Shown here piece after piece: positions 26,629 to 35,015 of a DNA stretch of 64,000 nucleotides. A program made the position numbers and the translations under genes. The notes beneath the pieces are model-generated. The model had not been told where the DNA came from. It saw only the letters and a program-made list of their open reading frames with translations, and did no database searches. Numbering within the stretch: position 1 is the first letter of the stretch; each line of letters begins with the position of its first letter. This stretch comes from a virus, in IMG/VR virus record IMGVR_UViG_3300008262_000040, one strand, 5' to 3'.

Positions 26629-27942
26629 TTATTGTACTTTAGATAATTTAGGTAATTCTATTTTTTTAAGCTGCGGAAGTTTTAATTCTACTGGTTTTGG
26701 AAACGTCTCAAGATATGCATTGTTTAATAGCTCTGTCATTTTTTCCATAGAGAAGTTTGTCCTTACGTAATGACTCTGTCTTTTTGCATTATCTATGAAC
26801 TTTGAGTAGTTTTCGTAAACATCCTCTAAAGCTTTCTTAGCAGCTGATTGGTCTACTTTGAACCACTGGGACTCCGCTAACAACATGTTTTCAACTACTG
26901 CAGATCTGTGTAAGTTTTGTAGGGTTCCTGGTAGAAGTACTGTGAATTCTGGGTTTAAGAAGTCCATGTGGCCAGACCAACCAGAGGCAATGATGGGTTT
27001 TTTACACACTGAGAATTCCAATAGTGGTCTTCCAAAACCCTCACCGTGACCCAAATATACCATGGCTTTAACCTTTGGATGATTGTAAACAACGTTCATG
27101 TCTTCTTCGCTCAAGTCTCCGTGCAATAGGTATACGTTGGGCAGATCTTTAGAATTAACTGTGTTTCTTATTTGATCTATCTTCTCTAAAATTTCCTCTC
27201 TGTCCATTATGCTATTAGCCACCTTAGTAGTCTTAAGTATCAAACCAGGCTTCTTCTTCTTGTTCTTGAACGTTTCTAAGAAAAGCTTAATAGTACCAGA
27301 TACATTTTTCCTATCCTCTCCAAAATCTCCTTGTAACCAATGGCCAACGAATAGATAATTGAACTCTTCCTTTATATCATTAATAGATTCTACAATCTCT
27401 AACTTAGGAAGTTTAGTCTCTTCTATGTGAAAGTACCTGTTTAGATCAACTCCCTCGAACAACACTTCTACTGGTTTCTCTAATTTTATGTGTCTTCTGA
27501 CATTTCCTTGTTGGTCTCTTTCTTCAAATTCAGAGTTCTTGAATACATTTTTTGCGTGCTCTGAAGACACTAACGTTAAATTCATTCTATTCACTCCGTC
27601 AACCCATGATGAGTGACATATAGTGGTCTCTATACCAGCTGTGACTCCAACGCTCATTAACTTTCCTATAGGTTGAAATTCATTAGGTACTGTTATTTGG
27701 AACCAATAGTCTGGTTGTCTTGTTAGCTGACCGGTTCTATTGATTAGCGGGTTAAGCCAACCCCACTCTTGTTCATGACTCTTTATATATCCCCACGGTG
27801 TTGCTCCCCATCTTTGAGAAAGTATCTGTATGTCCCACTGATCTTTTCTTGCTTCATACAGTGACTTAACAAAGTCTCTTGCTCTTGCTCCGTACCCACT
27901 TGCGGTATCTATCGGACAACTAATTACGCATAACGGTTTCAT
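26629..27942 (-). CDS. Glycosyltransferase, family 4 (GT-B fold)
   Basis: SGYG, DRKN, GEGFGRPLLE. Confidence 0.85.
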   Translation of the reverse strand: MKPLCVISCPIDTASGYGARARDFVKSLYEARKDQWDIQILSQRWGATPWGYIKSHEQEWGWLNPLINRTGQLTRQPDYWFQITVPNEFQPIGKLMSVGVTAGIETTICHSSWVDGVNRMNLTLVSSEHAKNVFKNSEFEERDQQGNVRRHIKLEKPVEVLFEGVDLNRYFHIEETKLPKLEIVESINDIKEEFNYLFVGHWLQGDFGEDRKNVSGTIKLFLETFKNKKKKPGLILKTTKVANSIMDREEILEKIDQIRNTVNSKDLPNVYLLHGDLSEEDMNVVYNHPKVKAMVYLGHGEGFGRPLLEFSVCKKPIIASGWSGHMDFLNPEFTVLLPGTLQNLHRSAVVENMLLAESQWFKVDQSAAKKALEDVYENYSKFIDNAKRQSHYVRTNFSMEKMTELLNNAYLETFPKPVELKLPQLKKIELPKLSKVQ

Positions 27943-27943
27943 A

Positions 27944-29395
27944 TTAATATACTAGTTTGTGTGTGATTTGTTTTCTTGGTAATTTTTCTATCTTTATAAG
28001 TTCAAATTGCTTTTTTGGTTTCCACGTATCGAATGTATTCTCTATAGACGATACAACATTCTTGCACATGTTTGCTGCCGTCATCATAGATTCATCAGAG
28101 GTTACCCACTCTCTACCTGCCATACCCCTTTGTTTTCTCTCTTCTGGTGATAGATTATAAACTTCCTCAATTGCCTTTGCCACATCTCTAAAATCACAGC
28201 GATCGTCAAGTATGTACGGAGTTGGTATCGATCCAACTATACTTAAATTAGTCGGAAATACAGGTACTGCCCATTTTCCTGACTTCTTGTATCTACCGTA
28301 GTGATTAGACGGGAAATCCTTATTCAATTCAACCCATTTACCAGTCTCGTCTTCGAAACGCATTTGATCTTGCATTCCACCAGTAACGTTACCTATGATC
28401 ATCGTTCCTGCCATCATTGATTCAGTTAGTGACAATCCCCAACCCTCGTTAGAACTTATCAAAGCTGTAACGTCTGATACGTTATACATTAGATTTAATA
28501 CTTGAGTTGGTATCACACTTTGCTCAAATTGCACTTTTTGATACTCTGGATCGCAGAGCAATTCTACTACTGCATTTAGATTTGTTCCATTCTCGTCCAT
28601 AGCCTGAGTGTGTAATAATAGCTTACACTTCTTCGCCTTCTCTTTTCCTATGCTATCGCAAAATAGCGCGTAAGCTGCAATAAGATCGGAGGTACACTTT
28701 CTGCGTATATTCCTAGCGTTGTAGAATACCACAAACTCTGGTTGATCTTCTCCAAATAGATTCTTCTTATAAGACTGTAAATTTTCGTACTCATCTTTCA
28801 TGTATTCATTTATTGGGAAAAATAGCTTTTCGTTGATACCATGTGGTACGTACGTAATCACCTTGTCTTTAGCTTTGTCTCCAAGGACCAACTCATGAAT
28901 ATTTTTTGTCTGTTTTGATATTGACATTAGCAAATCGCAAGACTCGTAATAAGGTTTATTGTATAATGGAGCTGGGTAATCATCCCATATAGAAAGATAC
29001 AGAATGGGAATTTTCTTCCTAATTTCATCTTCCATTTGAAATAACCACACCCAATATCTAGGATCTGTGAATAACATGATAGCATCAGGGTTTTCTATGT
29101 CTATCAACTGTCTTACAAGTTCAGGAGTTCCGTAACCGTTACTTGGATATAAAGTAACTGATGCATCTGGTATACCTGCGTTGTTTCCTGTGTCTTGAGA
29201 TAGATCTAACCGCTTTCCATATTCTGGATGGTTAATACCAGCTCCTACGTTTACCCAATTGAATCTATGAGAAGTACCTACTACTATCTCCCTTGCCATT
29301 GTTGCTATCCCACTTGTGAAACGAATATCGTCGCACATTAGTAAGATCTTCTTTCTTTTTGATTTTTCGATGTAACCTTCTGGTAGTTTTTGCAT
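27944..29395 (-). CDS. Glycosyltransferase, family 4 (GT-B fold)
   Basis: YVPHGIN, RNIRRK, NEGWGLSLTESM. Confidence 0.9.
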   Translation of the reverse strand: MQKLPEGYIEKSKRKKILLMCDDIRFTSGIATMAREIVVGTSHRFNWVNVGAGINHPEYGKRLDLSQDTGNNAGIPDASVTLYPSNGYGTPELVRQLIDIENPDAIMLFTDPRYWVWLFQMEDEIRKKIPILYLSIWDDYPAPLYNKPYYESCDLLMSISKQTKNIHELVLGDKAKDKVITYVPHGINEKLFFPINEYMKDEYENLQSYKKNLFGEDQPEFVVFYNARNIRRKCTSDLIAAYALFCDSIGKEKAKKCKLLLHTQAMDENGTNLNAVVELLCDPEYQKVQFEQSVIPTQVLNLMYNVSDVTALISSNEGWGLSLTESMMAGTMIIGNVTGGMQDQMRFEDETGKWVELNKDFPSNHYGRYKKSGKWAVPVFPTNLSIVGSIPTPYILDDRCDFRDVAKAIEEVYNLSPEERKQRGMAGREWVTSDESMMTAANMCKNVVSSIENTFDTWKPKKQFELIKIEKLPRKQITHKLVY

Positions 29396-29401
29396 ATACT
29401 T

Positions 29402-29617
29402 TTATTTTCCTATTGCGTTTAGTAGATCACTTCCTGTGTAGTGAGTGTTGTAAGTTTGATGAATCTTGTAACGATAATCAGAGTCTGTCATATAAAGAAA
29501 CATAGATCTGTTTACCAAATCTTGAAAGTTTATCGAAGTCCTAACTCCCATTATTTTAAAGTCCTGATATATTTTTTCAGGCATCTTTACAGTTGTTGTT
29601 GAAAATTTGTTTTCCAT
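29402..29617 (-). CDS. Ribbon-helix-helix-like DNA-binding protein
   Basis: TTTVKMPEKIYQDFK...FQDLVNRSM. Confidence 0.55.
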   Translation of the reverse strand: MENKFSTTTVKMPEKIYQDFKIMGVRTSINFQDLVNRSMFLYMTDSDYRYKIHQTYNTHYTGSDLLNAIGK

Positions 29618-29658
29618 ACTCTTTTATTATAAATATATAGAAATATAGAAATATACAA

Positions 29659-30570
29659 TTATTCTTCGTTTTTCTTATTGCACAAATCTGGAGTGTCTCT
29701 GTACGGGCACCACTTGCAACCCTCTAAGTTCTTTTTGTAAACCCGTTCAGTGTTATACTTTGCGTCAGGCGTGAAACACTCCTTTATAAAATTCTCTAAT
29801 CTGTTATAAGCGTCTTTGACTTTCTTAGTCTTATTCGCTGGTGAAAACTCCTGTATTCTTGGGATTGGAAAATCAAGATTCTCGTATATCTTCCTCTTTA
29901 CTATGAAGAACTTAACGTCTATCTTATCTTGATCTATATTTAGAGCTTTTGAATAGAAGTGTTTGTAAAGCAGTATCTGACTAAGTTTAGTTGTATCTTT
30001 CTTCTCCTTGTCTGTCCAACCCCGAGTAGAAGTTTTAATATCGTATATGGTGTATGTGTCAGTGTTTTTGTGATAGAGTATGAAGTCTATGTAACCTTGC
30101 AACAATACGTTTGGACTATAGTCTGTTACCGATTGTAACACTGGAATTTCTATACCAACTAACTCTGTGTCCTTCTTTGAGAAGTACTTCGCTCTGTTTT
30201 TCTTGAACCACTCTAATGTAGTAGAGCCATCTTCTATGAATTCCTTTATTTCTTCCTTTGTTGTGTAATGCTCGTTGTTATTGTCTTCTAAGTCCTTCTT
30301 GTAATTCTCTATCATTCTATTTTCAAGATGCTCAGATAGATCGATATCATTTGCAGCAGTTATTGATTGATTGTACATGACTTCTAGATAGTGCTGCAGA
30401 GTTTCGTGTAACGATGTACCAAATAAGAGATGGATACCCGGTTTGAAAACCTTCTTCTTCTTTACATAAGCCAAATACCACTGATACTCACACTGAGAAT
30501 ACATGGAGAATTGACTGTACGATACTCCTTTTTGGTATGCATAATTTATTTCTAGTTTAGCTTTTTCCAC
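29659..30570 (-). CDS. PD-(D/E)XK nuclease (RecB/Cas4-like exonuclease)
   Basis: SYSQF..Y.QC, GYIDF, IYDIKTS, Q..LY, CKWCPY...C. Confidence 0.85.
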   Translation of the reverse strand: MEKAKLEINYAYQKGVSYSQFSMYSQCEYQWYLAYVKKKKVFKPGIHLLFGTSLHETLQHYLEVMYNQSITAANDIDLSEHLENRMIENYKKDLEDNNNEHYTTKEEIKEFIEDGSTTLEWFKKNRAKYFSKKDTELVGIEIPVLQSVTDYSPNVLLQGYIDFILYHKNTDTYTIYDIKTSTRGWTDKEKKDTTKLSQILLYKHFYSKALNIDQDKIDVKFFIVKRKIYENLDFPIPRIQEFSPANKTKKVKDAYNRLENFIKECFTPDAKYNTERVYKKNLEGCKWCPYRDTPDLCNKKNEE

Positions 30571-30817
30571 CTATAACCTTTTTAATTTTTTCTAAATACA
30601 GTATCGCGTCTTGTAGTTCCATTTGCATATGCTCTATCCAATTATAAAGACTTAGATCGTTTCTGTCTAGATCTGTTCCATACTTTTGTTTTCCTATGCT
30701 AGCTCTACTCACAAAAGAATCTATGACAGAGTCTACTATAGAATCAGTCTTTAATATTGTTCTAGAATCGTTTGGACCCAGCTGTTTAAAACTGGTTTCT
30801 TTTCTATAATCTCCCAT
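30557..30817 (-). CDS. Small all-alpha protein, possible NTP pyrophosphatase-like
   Basis: GKQKYGTDLDRNDL...ELQDAILYLEK. Confidence 0.5.
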   Translation of the reverse strand: MGDYRKETSFKQLGPNDSRTILKTDSIVDSVIDSFVSRASIGKQKYGTDLDRNDLSLYNWIEHMQMELQDAILYLEKIKKVIGGKS

Positions 30818-30818
30818 A

Positions 30819-31058
30819 TTATTCCTCTACGTTTTTAAGATCAGGAGATAGCATGTCTTCGTTGATGTGTTTACACTTTGCACACGCGAATACTGGAATA
30901 GGAATTAAAGCGTCTTGAGCCGTACCCGTAATGAATTTAGATGCCTTTCTAAGCATTATTACCTCTGTGAATACGTTAGATCCACACTCTTCGCAAACAA
31001 CGCCTGTTGTTTTGTCTATAGTGATATTGAGTTTTGGTGAAGTTGGATTACTGTTCAT
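30819..31058 (-). CDS. Zinc-ribbon protein
   Basis: CEECG...CAKC. Confidence 0.7.
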   Translation of the reverse strand: MNSNPTSPKLNITIDKTTGVVCEECGSNVFTEVIMLRKASKFITGTAQDALIPIPVFACAKCKHINEDMLSPDLKNVEE

Positions 31059-31515
31059 ATTTTTTTGTTTTTATGTAATTATATAAATCTAACAAACTTC
31101 CGTCAAAGTTTTCCATAATAGATTCTAGTTGATCTTTATTTACCGAAAAAGTTTTAACAAATGCATTCGTAAGCTTTTCCATTCGCTTTCTTTCTTCTTT
31201 CTCGTAGTCCTCTAGCAACTTACGTCGTCTTTCCATGAACAGCTGTCTAGCATCGTGCTCTTCCTCTGAGTTTTTACACGTCTTAAGCTTATCCTCCAAC
31301 AGATACATTTCGTGTTCGGCCTGGTAATAGTAGTCAGAGGGGTCGAAATCGCCGTGAACTATCCTCTCGTACAGGGGATGTTTGCTACTCAACTCTTCTT
31401 TTGCCTTATACCTACGGTGCCAATAATAGGGATTGTAAGAAGCTGGTGTTAACTTTGCCAACTGCTCTTCTAAGAATTCTCTTGATAGTCTTGGTAAACT
31501 CATTAGTCGTTCCAT
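31048..31515 (-). CDS. Hypothetical protein
   Basis: ORF track. Confidence 0.7.
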   Translation of the reverse strand: MERLMSLPRLSREFLEEQLAKLTPASYNPYYWHRRYKAKEELSSKHPLYERIVHGDFDPSDYYYQAEHEMYLLEDKLKTCKNSEEEHDARQLFMERRRKLLEDYEKEERKRMEKLTNAFVKTFSVNKDQLESIMENFDGSLLDLYNYIKTKKYEQ

Positions 31516-32159
31516 TTAATGCCCTTGTTAAAATGTCTTTCGTATATGTGTAAGTTGGTTATAAGCCAATGCATGTCTCCTACTTCGTATCCAGTCTTCT
31601 CTGATACTAACTCCATAAGTTTTGAGAACGTATAAAAGTCGTTACAGAATCCGAACCAAAGGTCTATGCTTCTTGCAAATACGCTAAGCTGTAGTTTATT
31701 ATCTCTAACGTAAAAGTTAAGGACCATATTACAGGGCGTATCGTATTGGTATCTATCTAGCTCGTCAAGATCGTAATGGACAACAACGGCTCGTCTTGTA
31801 TTTGGATCTTTTTTGAGGAGATCTATTACCCGTTCCAATTGGTTGTTCTTGTTCCAGAAGTAGCCATAATTGCTATTCACTTCTGTAGTACCTGCTACCA
31901 TCATGTTCTTCCATATCTTTGCCCTTTCAGATATTTCGCTTGCGTCTCTATCTCCTTTGAGATACCAATCCCACTCGTAATCAGCGTAATCTTGCTTGAA
32001 GTTTCTCTTAGGATGAGTAACTACTCTTTCAAACACATTTTCTACGCTAAAGCTAATGTTGAACAGCGCTTTTGTTCCTGCGAAGTTTGGGTCTGGTATC
32101 TCGTTGTCTAAGTATTCGTAAAACGCTTGAAACGCGTGGGTAACATTTTCAAATAACAT
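31503..32159 (-). CDS. Thymidylate synthase-family enzyme, probable dCMP hydroxymethylase
   Basis: TPC catalytic Cys; RSIDLWFGFCND has Asp at the Asn177-equivalent site; NLHIY. Confidence 0.8.
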   Translation of the reverse strand: MLFENVTHAFQAFYEYLDNEIPDPNFAGTKALFNISFSVENVFERVVTHPKRNFKQDYADYEWDWYLKGDRDASEISERAKIWKNMMVAGTTEVNSNYGYFWNKNNQLERVIDLLKKDPNTRRAVVVHYDLDELDRYQYDTPCNMVLNFYVRDNKLQLSVFARSIDLWFGFCNDFYTFSKLMELVSEKTGYEVGDMHWLITNLHIYERHFNKGIKWND

Positions 32160-32619
32160 GTTTTTCTACTTTTATGAATTTTTTTAATAGTTCTATGCCT
32201 GATATATCTCTGTACTCTTCCAAATATACAACTCTTTTTATACCTGATTGTAAGATATATTTCGAGCACTCTATGCAAGGGGACAGGGTGACGTAAAGAG
32301 TCGAGTCTTGTACAGCGTTTCCAGTCTTAGCGGCTTTTATCACAGCATTCATTTCTGCGTGAAGCACCAAACTCTTTGTCTTGTTATCAGTGTCCTCACA
32401 ACAATTGTCCATGCCAGCTGGCGTTCCATTATACCCCATGCTCATGACGTTACCGTCTTTTTCAAGTATGGCTCCCACTTTACTCCTTTGACAATGTGAA
32501 AGCGTCGATACAGCAATGGCCATGGTCATGTACACACCATCTAATCGTCTTTGCTTAGAAGACTCCTGTGCTTCCAAATCCTCCGGAACCCCTTTCTGTA
32601 TTCTTTTCTGGTAATTCAT
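32149..32619 (-). CDS. dCMP deaminase (start uncertain)
   Basis: GYNGTP, HAEMNA, SPCIEC. Confidence 0.9.
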   Translation of the reverse strand: MNYQKRIQKGVPEDLEAQESSKQRRLDGVYMTMAIAVSTLSHCQRSKVGAILEKDGNVMSMGYNGTPAGMDNCCEDTDNKTKSLVLHAEMNAVIKAAKTGNAVQDSTLYVTLSPCIECSKYILQSGIKRVVYLEEYRDISGIELLKKFIKVEKHVI

Positions 32620-32992
32620 CTACTAATTCTACGTTTTCGAAGTTAATTGGAATCAACACGAACTGCATGATCTTTTGTTCTGGCTGAATTGTTTGCGATT
32701 GGTTAGATACGTTAAAGACGTGTATGTGAATCTCTCCTGTGTAATCTGGGTCCACTAACTGAGCTCCGTAGATTAGACCCTGTTTTGTTGATACACCGCT
32801 CTTATTCATAGCCACCAACCCGTATCCATCAGGTACGTTTGCTTTGATACCGCTTGGGATCAGCACCGATTCACCTGGCTGCAGAGTTTTTGGTTCTTGA
32901 ATGTAGTCTTTAGGCAGGAAAAAGTCTATGCCTGCGCTGTCTGGTGTGCCTCTGGAAGGCGTCTTTACGTCTCTTACTTTTTTGATTTTCAT
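32555..32992 (-). CDS. dut: Trimeric dUTPase family
   Basis: AGIDF, KSG, DPDYTGEI, ERGSGGFGSTG; start refined to MKIKKV at 32992. Confidence 0.9.
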   Translation of the reverse strand: MKIKKVRDVKTPSRGTPDSAGIDFFLPKDYIQEPKTLQPGESVLIPSGIKANVPDGYGLVAMNKSGVSTKQGLIYGAQLVDPDYTGEIHIHVFNVSNQSQTIQPEQKIMQFVLIPINFENVELVDELPEKNTERGSGGFGSTGVF

Positions 32993-33255
32993 TGTTTTTC
33001 TTTTTTGTCTTTTTTTCTTTTCCATTCGACAGTTACGTAGGTGCCAAAGAAAGCTCCTATCACTGCCGCAATTATAAAGCTCCTGTCTTCTGTGTATTGG
33101 GTTACAGCAAATGCACCGAATAGGTAAATGAGAGATCCATAAATACCTGACATAAAACTGTTTCTCTCTTCGATTTTAATGAAGTAAAGGGCCCAACACA
33201 CGTCTGCTAGGAATAGCGTAAGAGCTACTCCCATAAATGTAATAATGTAAGTCAT
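32989..33255 (-). CDS. Small membrane protein (three TM)
   Basis: Start refined to MTYIITF at 33255. Confidence 0.6.
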   Translation of the reverse strand: MTYIITFMGVALTLFLADVCWALYFIKIEERNSFMSGIYGSLIYLFGAFAVTQYTEDRSFIIAAVIGAFFGTYVTVEWKRKKDKKEKQ

Positions 33256-33260
33256 AACTT

Positions 33261-33539
33261 TTATTTTTTGGTTGATAAATACTGGTCTAACGACGCCATG
33301 TAGGCAATAGCGTCTAGGTAGTTGTCGTACTTGTAATTCCAAGAAGCTCTAGATAGTTTTAAGGCTATAAGTACGTTGTAAGCATCTTGTGTTGTAATTT
33401 CCTTCCTTGACATTTCAGAGGCTATTCTAGCCGTCTGTTCCATGCCTTCTATGAATTGTCCGTACATGCGCTCTTTCTCTTCGTTTCTTTCGAAGACTAT
33501 GTCATGAGCTTCTTGCAATATGCTTTTTTTATGTTTCAT
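33261..33539 (-). CDS. DUF6378-like protein
   Basis: ILQEAHDIV...YG...LKLSR...DNYLDAIAY. Confidence 0.7.
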   Translation of the reverse strand: MKHKKSILQEAHDIVFERNEEKERMYGQFIEGMEQTARIASEMSRKEITTQDAYNVLIALKLSRASWNYKYDNYLDAIAYMASLDQYLSTKK

Positions 33540-33639
33540 AACTGTAATTTACTATATTTTTGTAATTCCCCAAAGAATATTATTTTGGTAAAATAGAACG
33601 GTTACACACTTTTTATTACGATTCTTACATAAGTGTATA

Positions 33640-34035
33640 CTACTGATAAGACTTCCCGGTGCCTTTGTATATGAGTTTAATTGCCGATTTTGGTATTGCT
33701 TCAAATGTAATGATGCGCTTATCTTGCACCTTAAAATTTGGATCATTATACCAAGTATTGTTAAGACCTGTTGTATCTATCTGATAGATGTCATCATCGT
33801 AGGTAGAATCCCACCAATCTTTTTTATTGTCAGAATTAACCGCAAATATAACTTTGCCATCAATTTTGGTATCGGTTAACCATGCTTCACTCTTTCCTTG
33901 AGGTATCAGTCCAACAGAATTTATCTTATCTCTAAAAATAGGATTAGACGTATGATAAATATATCTATTTACTTTAACAGGTATTAGGTTTTTTGATTTT
34001 TTTTCTAATATAAATAGATCAATTAGCTTTATCAT
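33640..34035 (-). CDS. ADP-ribosyltransferase-fold protein (Tpt1/KptA-like)
   Basis: YHTS...I.SVGLIP, IP.SAI; start MIKLIDL at 34035 follows a late motif. Confidence 0.55.
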   Translation of the reverse strand: MIKLIDLFILEKKSKNLIPVKVNRYIYHTSNPIFRDKINSVGLIPQGKSEAWLTDTKIDGKVIFAVNSDNKKDWWDSTYDDDIYQIDTTGLNNTWYNDPNFKVQDKRIITFEAIPKSAIKLIYKGTGKSYQ

Positions 34036-34078
34036 AGTAATAGTTTTATTTATATAAATACGAAATAAGATGATAAAA

Positions 34079-34966
34079 TCAATAATCGCAGTACTTTTTA
34101 AAGTCACCGAAGTCTCCCCATACTCGGTTCGAATCTACATCGCTTGGTTTTAGATTTGGCTTCCTCATTGCTGGTGCAACGTTCCAAAAGTAGTCTCCCT
34201 GTTTCCCGTGGCTTTTTAACATTTCCCATCCCTTAGCATCGTAAGTTAAAACGCAATCAAATGGCGGTTTAAATCTAGCATCCTTAGTGAAGGCTTTATC
34301 GTAGCTGTAGAAGTTTGCACGACCTAACTCTCCCTCTTGAATATTTCTGGCTACTGCAACTGCGTTGAACTCAGTTTTTGGTAGAGCTATCTGTAAAGTA
34401 CGGGACAAAACCCCTGTAGAAAACACACTCCACATTGTTTTTATGTCCATATCTTTGAAGTTATCGTAAAACACTCTAACTCCACCTGCCACAACCATCT
34501 CGTGTTTCAATCCAAATGGAAGGTATTTTGCTCCCATCTTCTCAGCGAACTTCTTTGCCCATATGTTTGCGGTTGGCATGGCTGGTATCCTTACGAACAA
34601 CGGTATACCACCTTCCTCTATAGCTGTGAGTTGATGCTCTGAGGCTTTCTCTGAAGCTGGCATTACTAAGTACAGTTTCTTATTGTACTTCTTTGCCAAA
34701 TAACATAAAGAGTACGGAGCGTATCCTGTCCTCGGTGCTACATAAACTAACGAGTCTTCCTTTACTTGAGAAATAAAGAAATCTGCCATCTTTGTTTTAG
34801 TACCGTATTTGAATTCACCGTCGTCTATTACGTTGAAGCCATCTATTTGCTTTTTTACGAAAGTGTAGTCGTGATTATAATCTTTAGTGATGTTTAGATA
34901 GTACTCGAGATCCCTACCGTTTGTTTGGTCAAGACTTTCTTTTGTGGTGCACTTATTTAAGAACAT
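34079..34966 (-). CDS. PLP-dependent fold-type II enzyme (TrpB/cysteine synthase/ACC deaminase-like)
   Basis: GTKTK (putative Schiff-base Lys), GYAPYSL, FSTGVL phosphate loop, YDAKGW, FWNVA. Confidence 0.65.
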   Translation of the reverse strand: MFLNKCTTKESLDQTNGRDLEYYLNITKDYNHDYTFVKKQIDGFNVIDDGEFKYGTKTKMADFFISQVKEDSLVYVAPRTGYAPYSLCYLAKKYNKKLYLVMPASEKASEHQLTAIEEGGIPLFVRIPAMPTANIWAKKFAEKMGAKYLPFGLKHEMVVAGGVRVFYDNFKDMDIKTMWSVFSTGVLSRTLQIALPKTEFNAVAVARNIQEGELGRANFYSYDKAFTKDARFKPPFDCVLTYDAKGWEMLKSHGKQGDYFWNVAPAMRKPNLKPSDVDSNRVWGDFGDFKKYCDY

Positions 34967-34986
34967 ACATACTATTTATTGTTATT

Positions 34987-35012
34987 AAAAAAAGCGGCGA
35001 TTAAGCCGCTTT
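34987..35012 (-). terminator. Rho-independent terminator after groEL
   Basis: AAAGCGGC-TTAATC-GCCGCTTT followed by a T run on the minus strand. Confidence 0.8.
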
Positions 35013-35015
35013 GTA

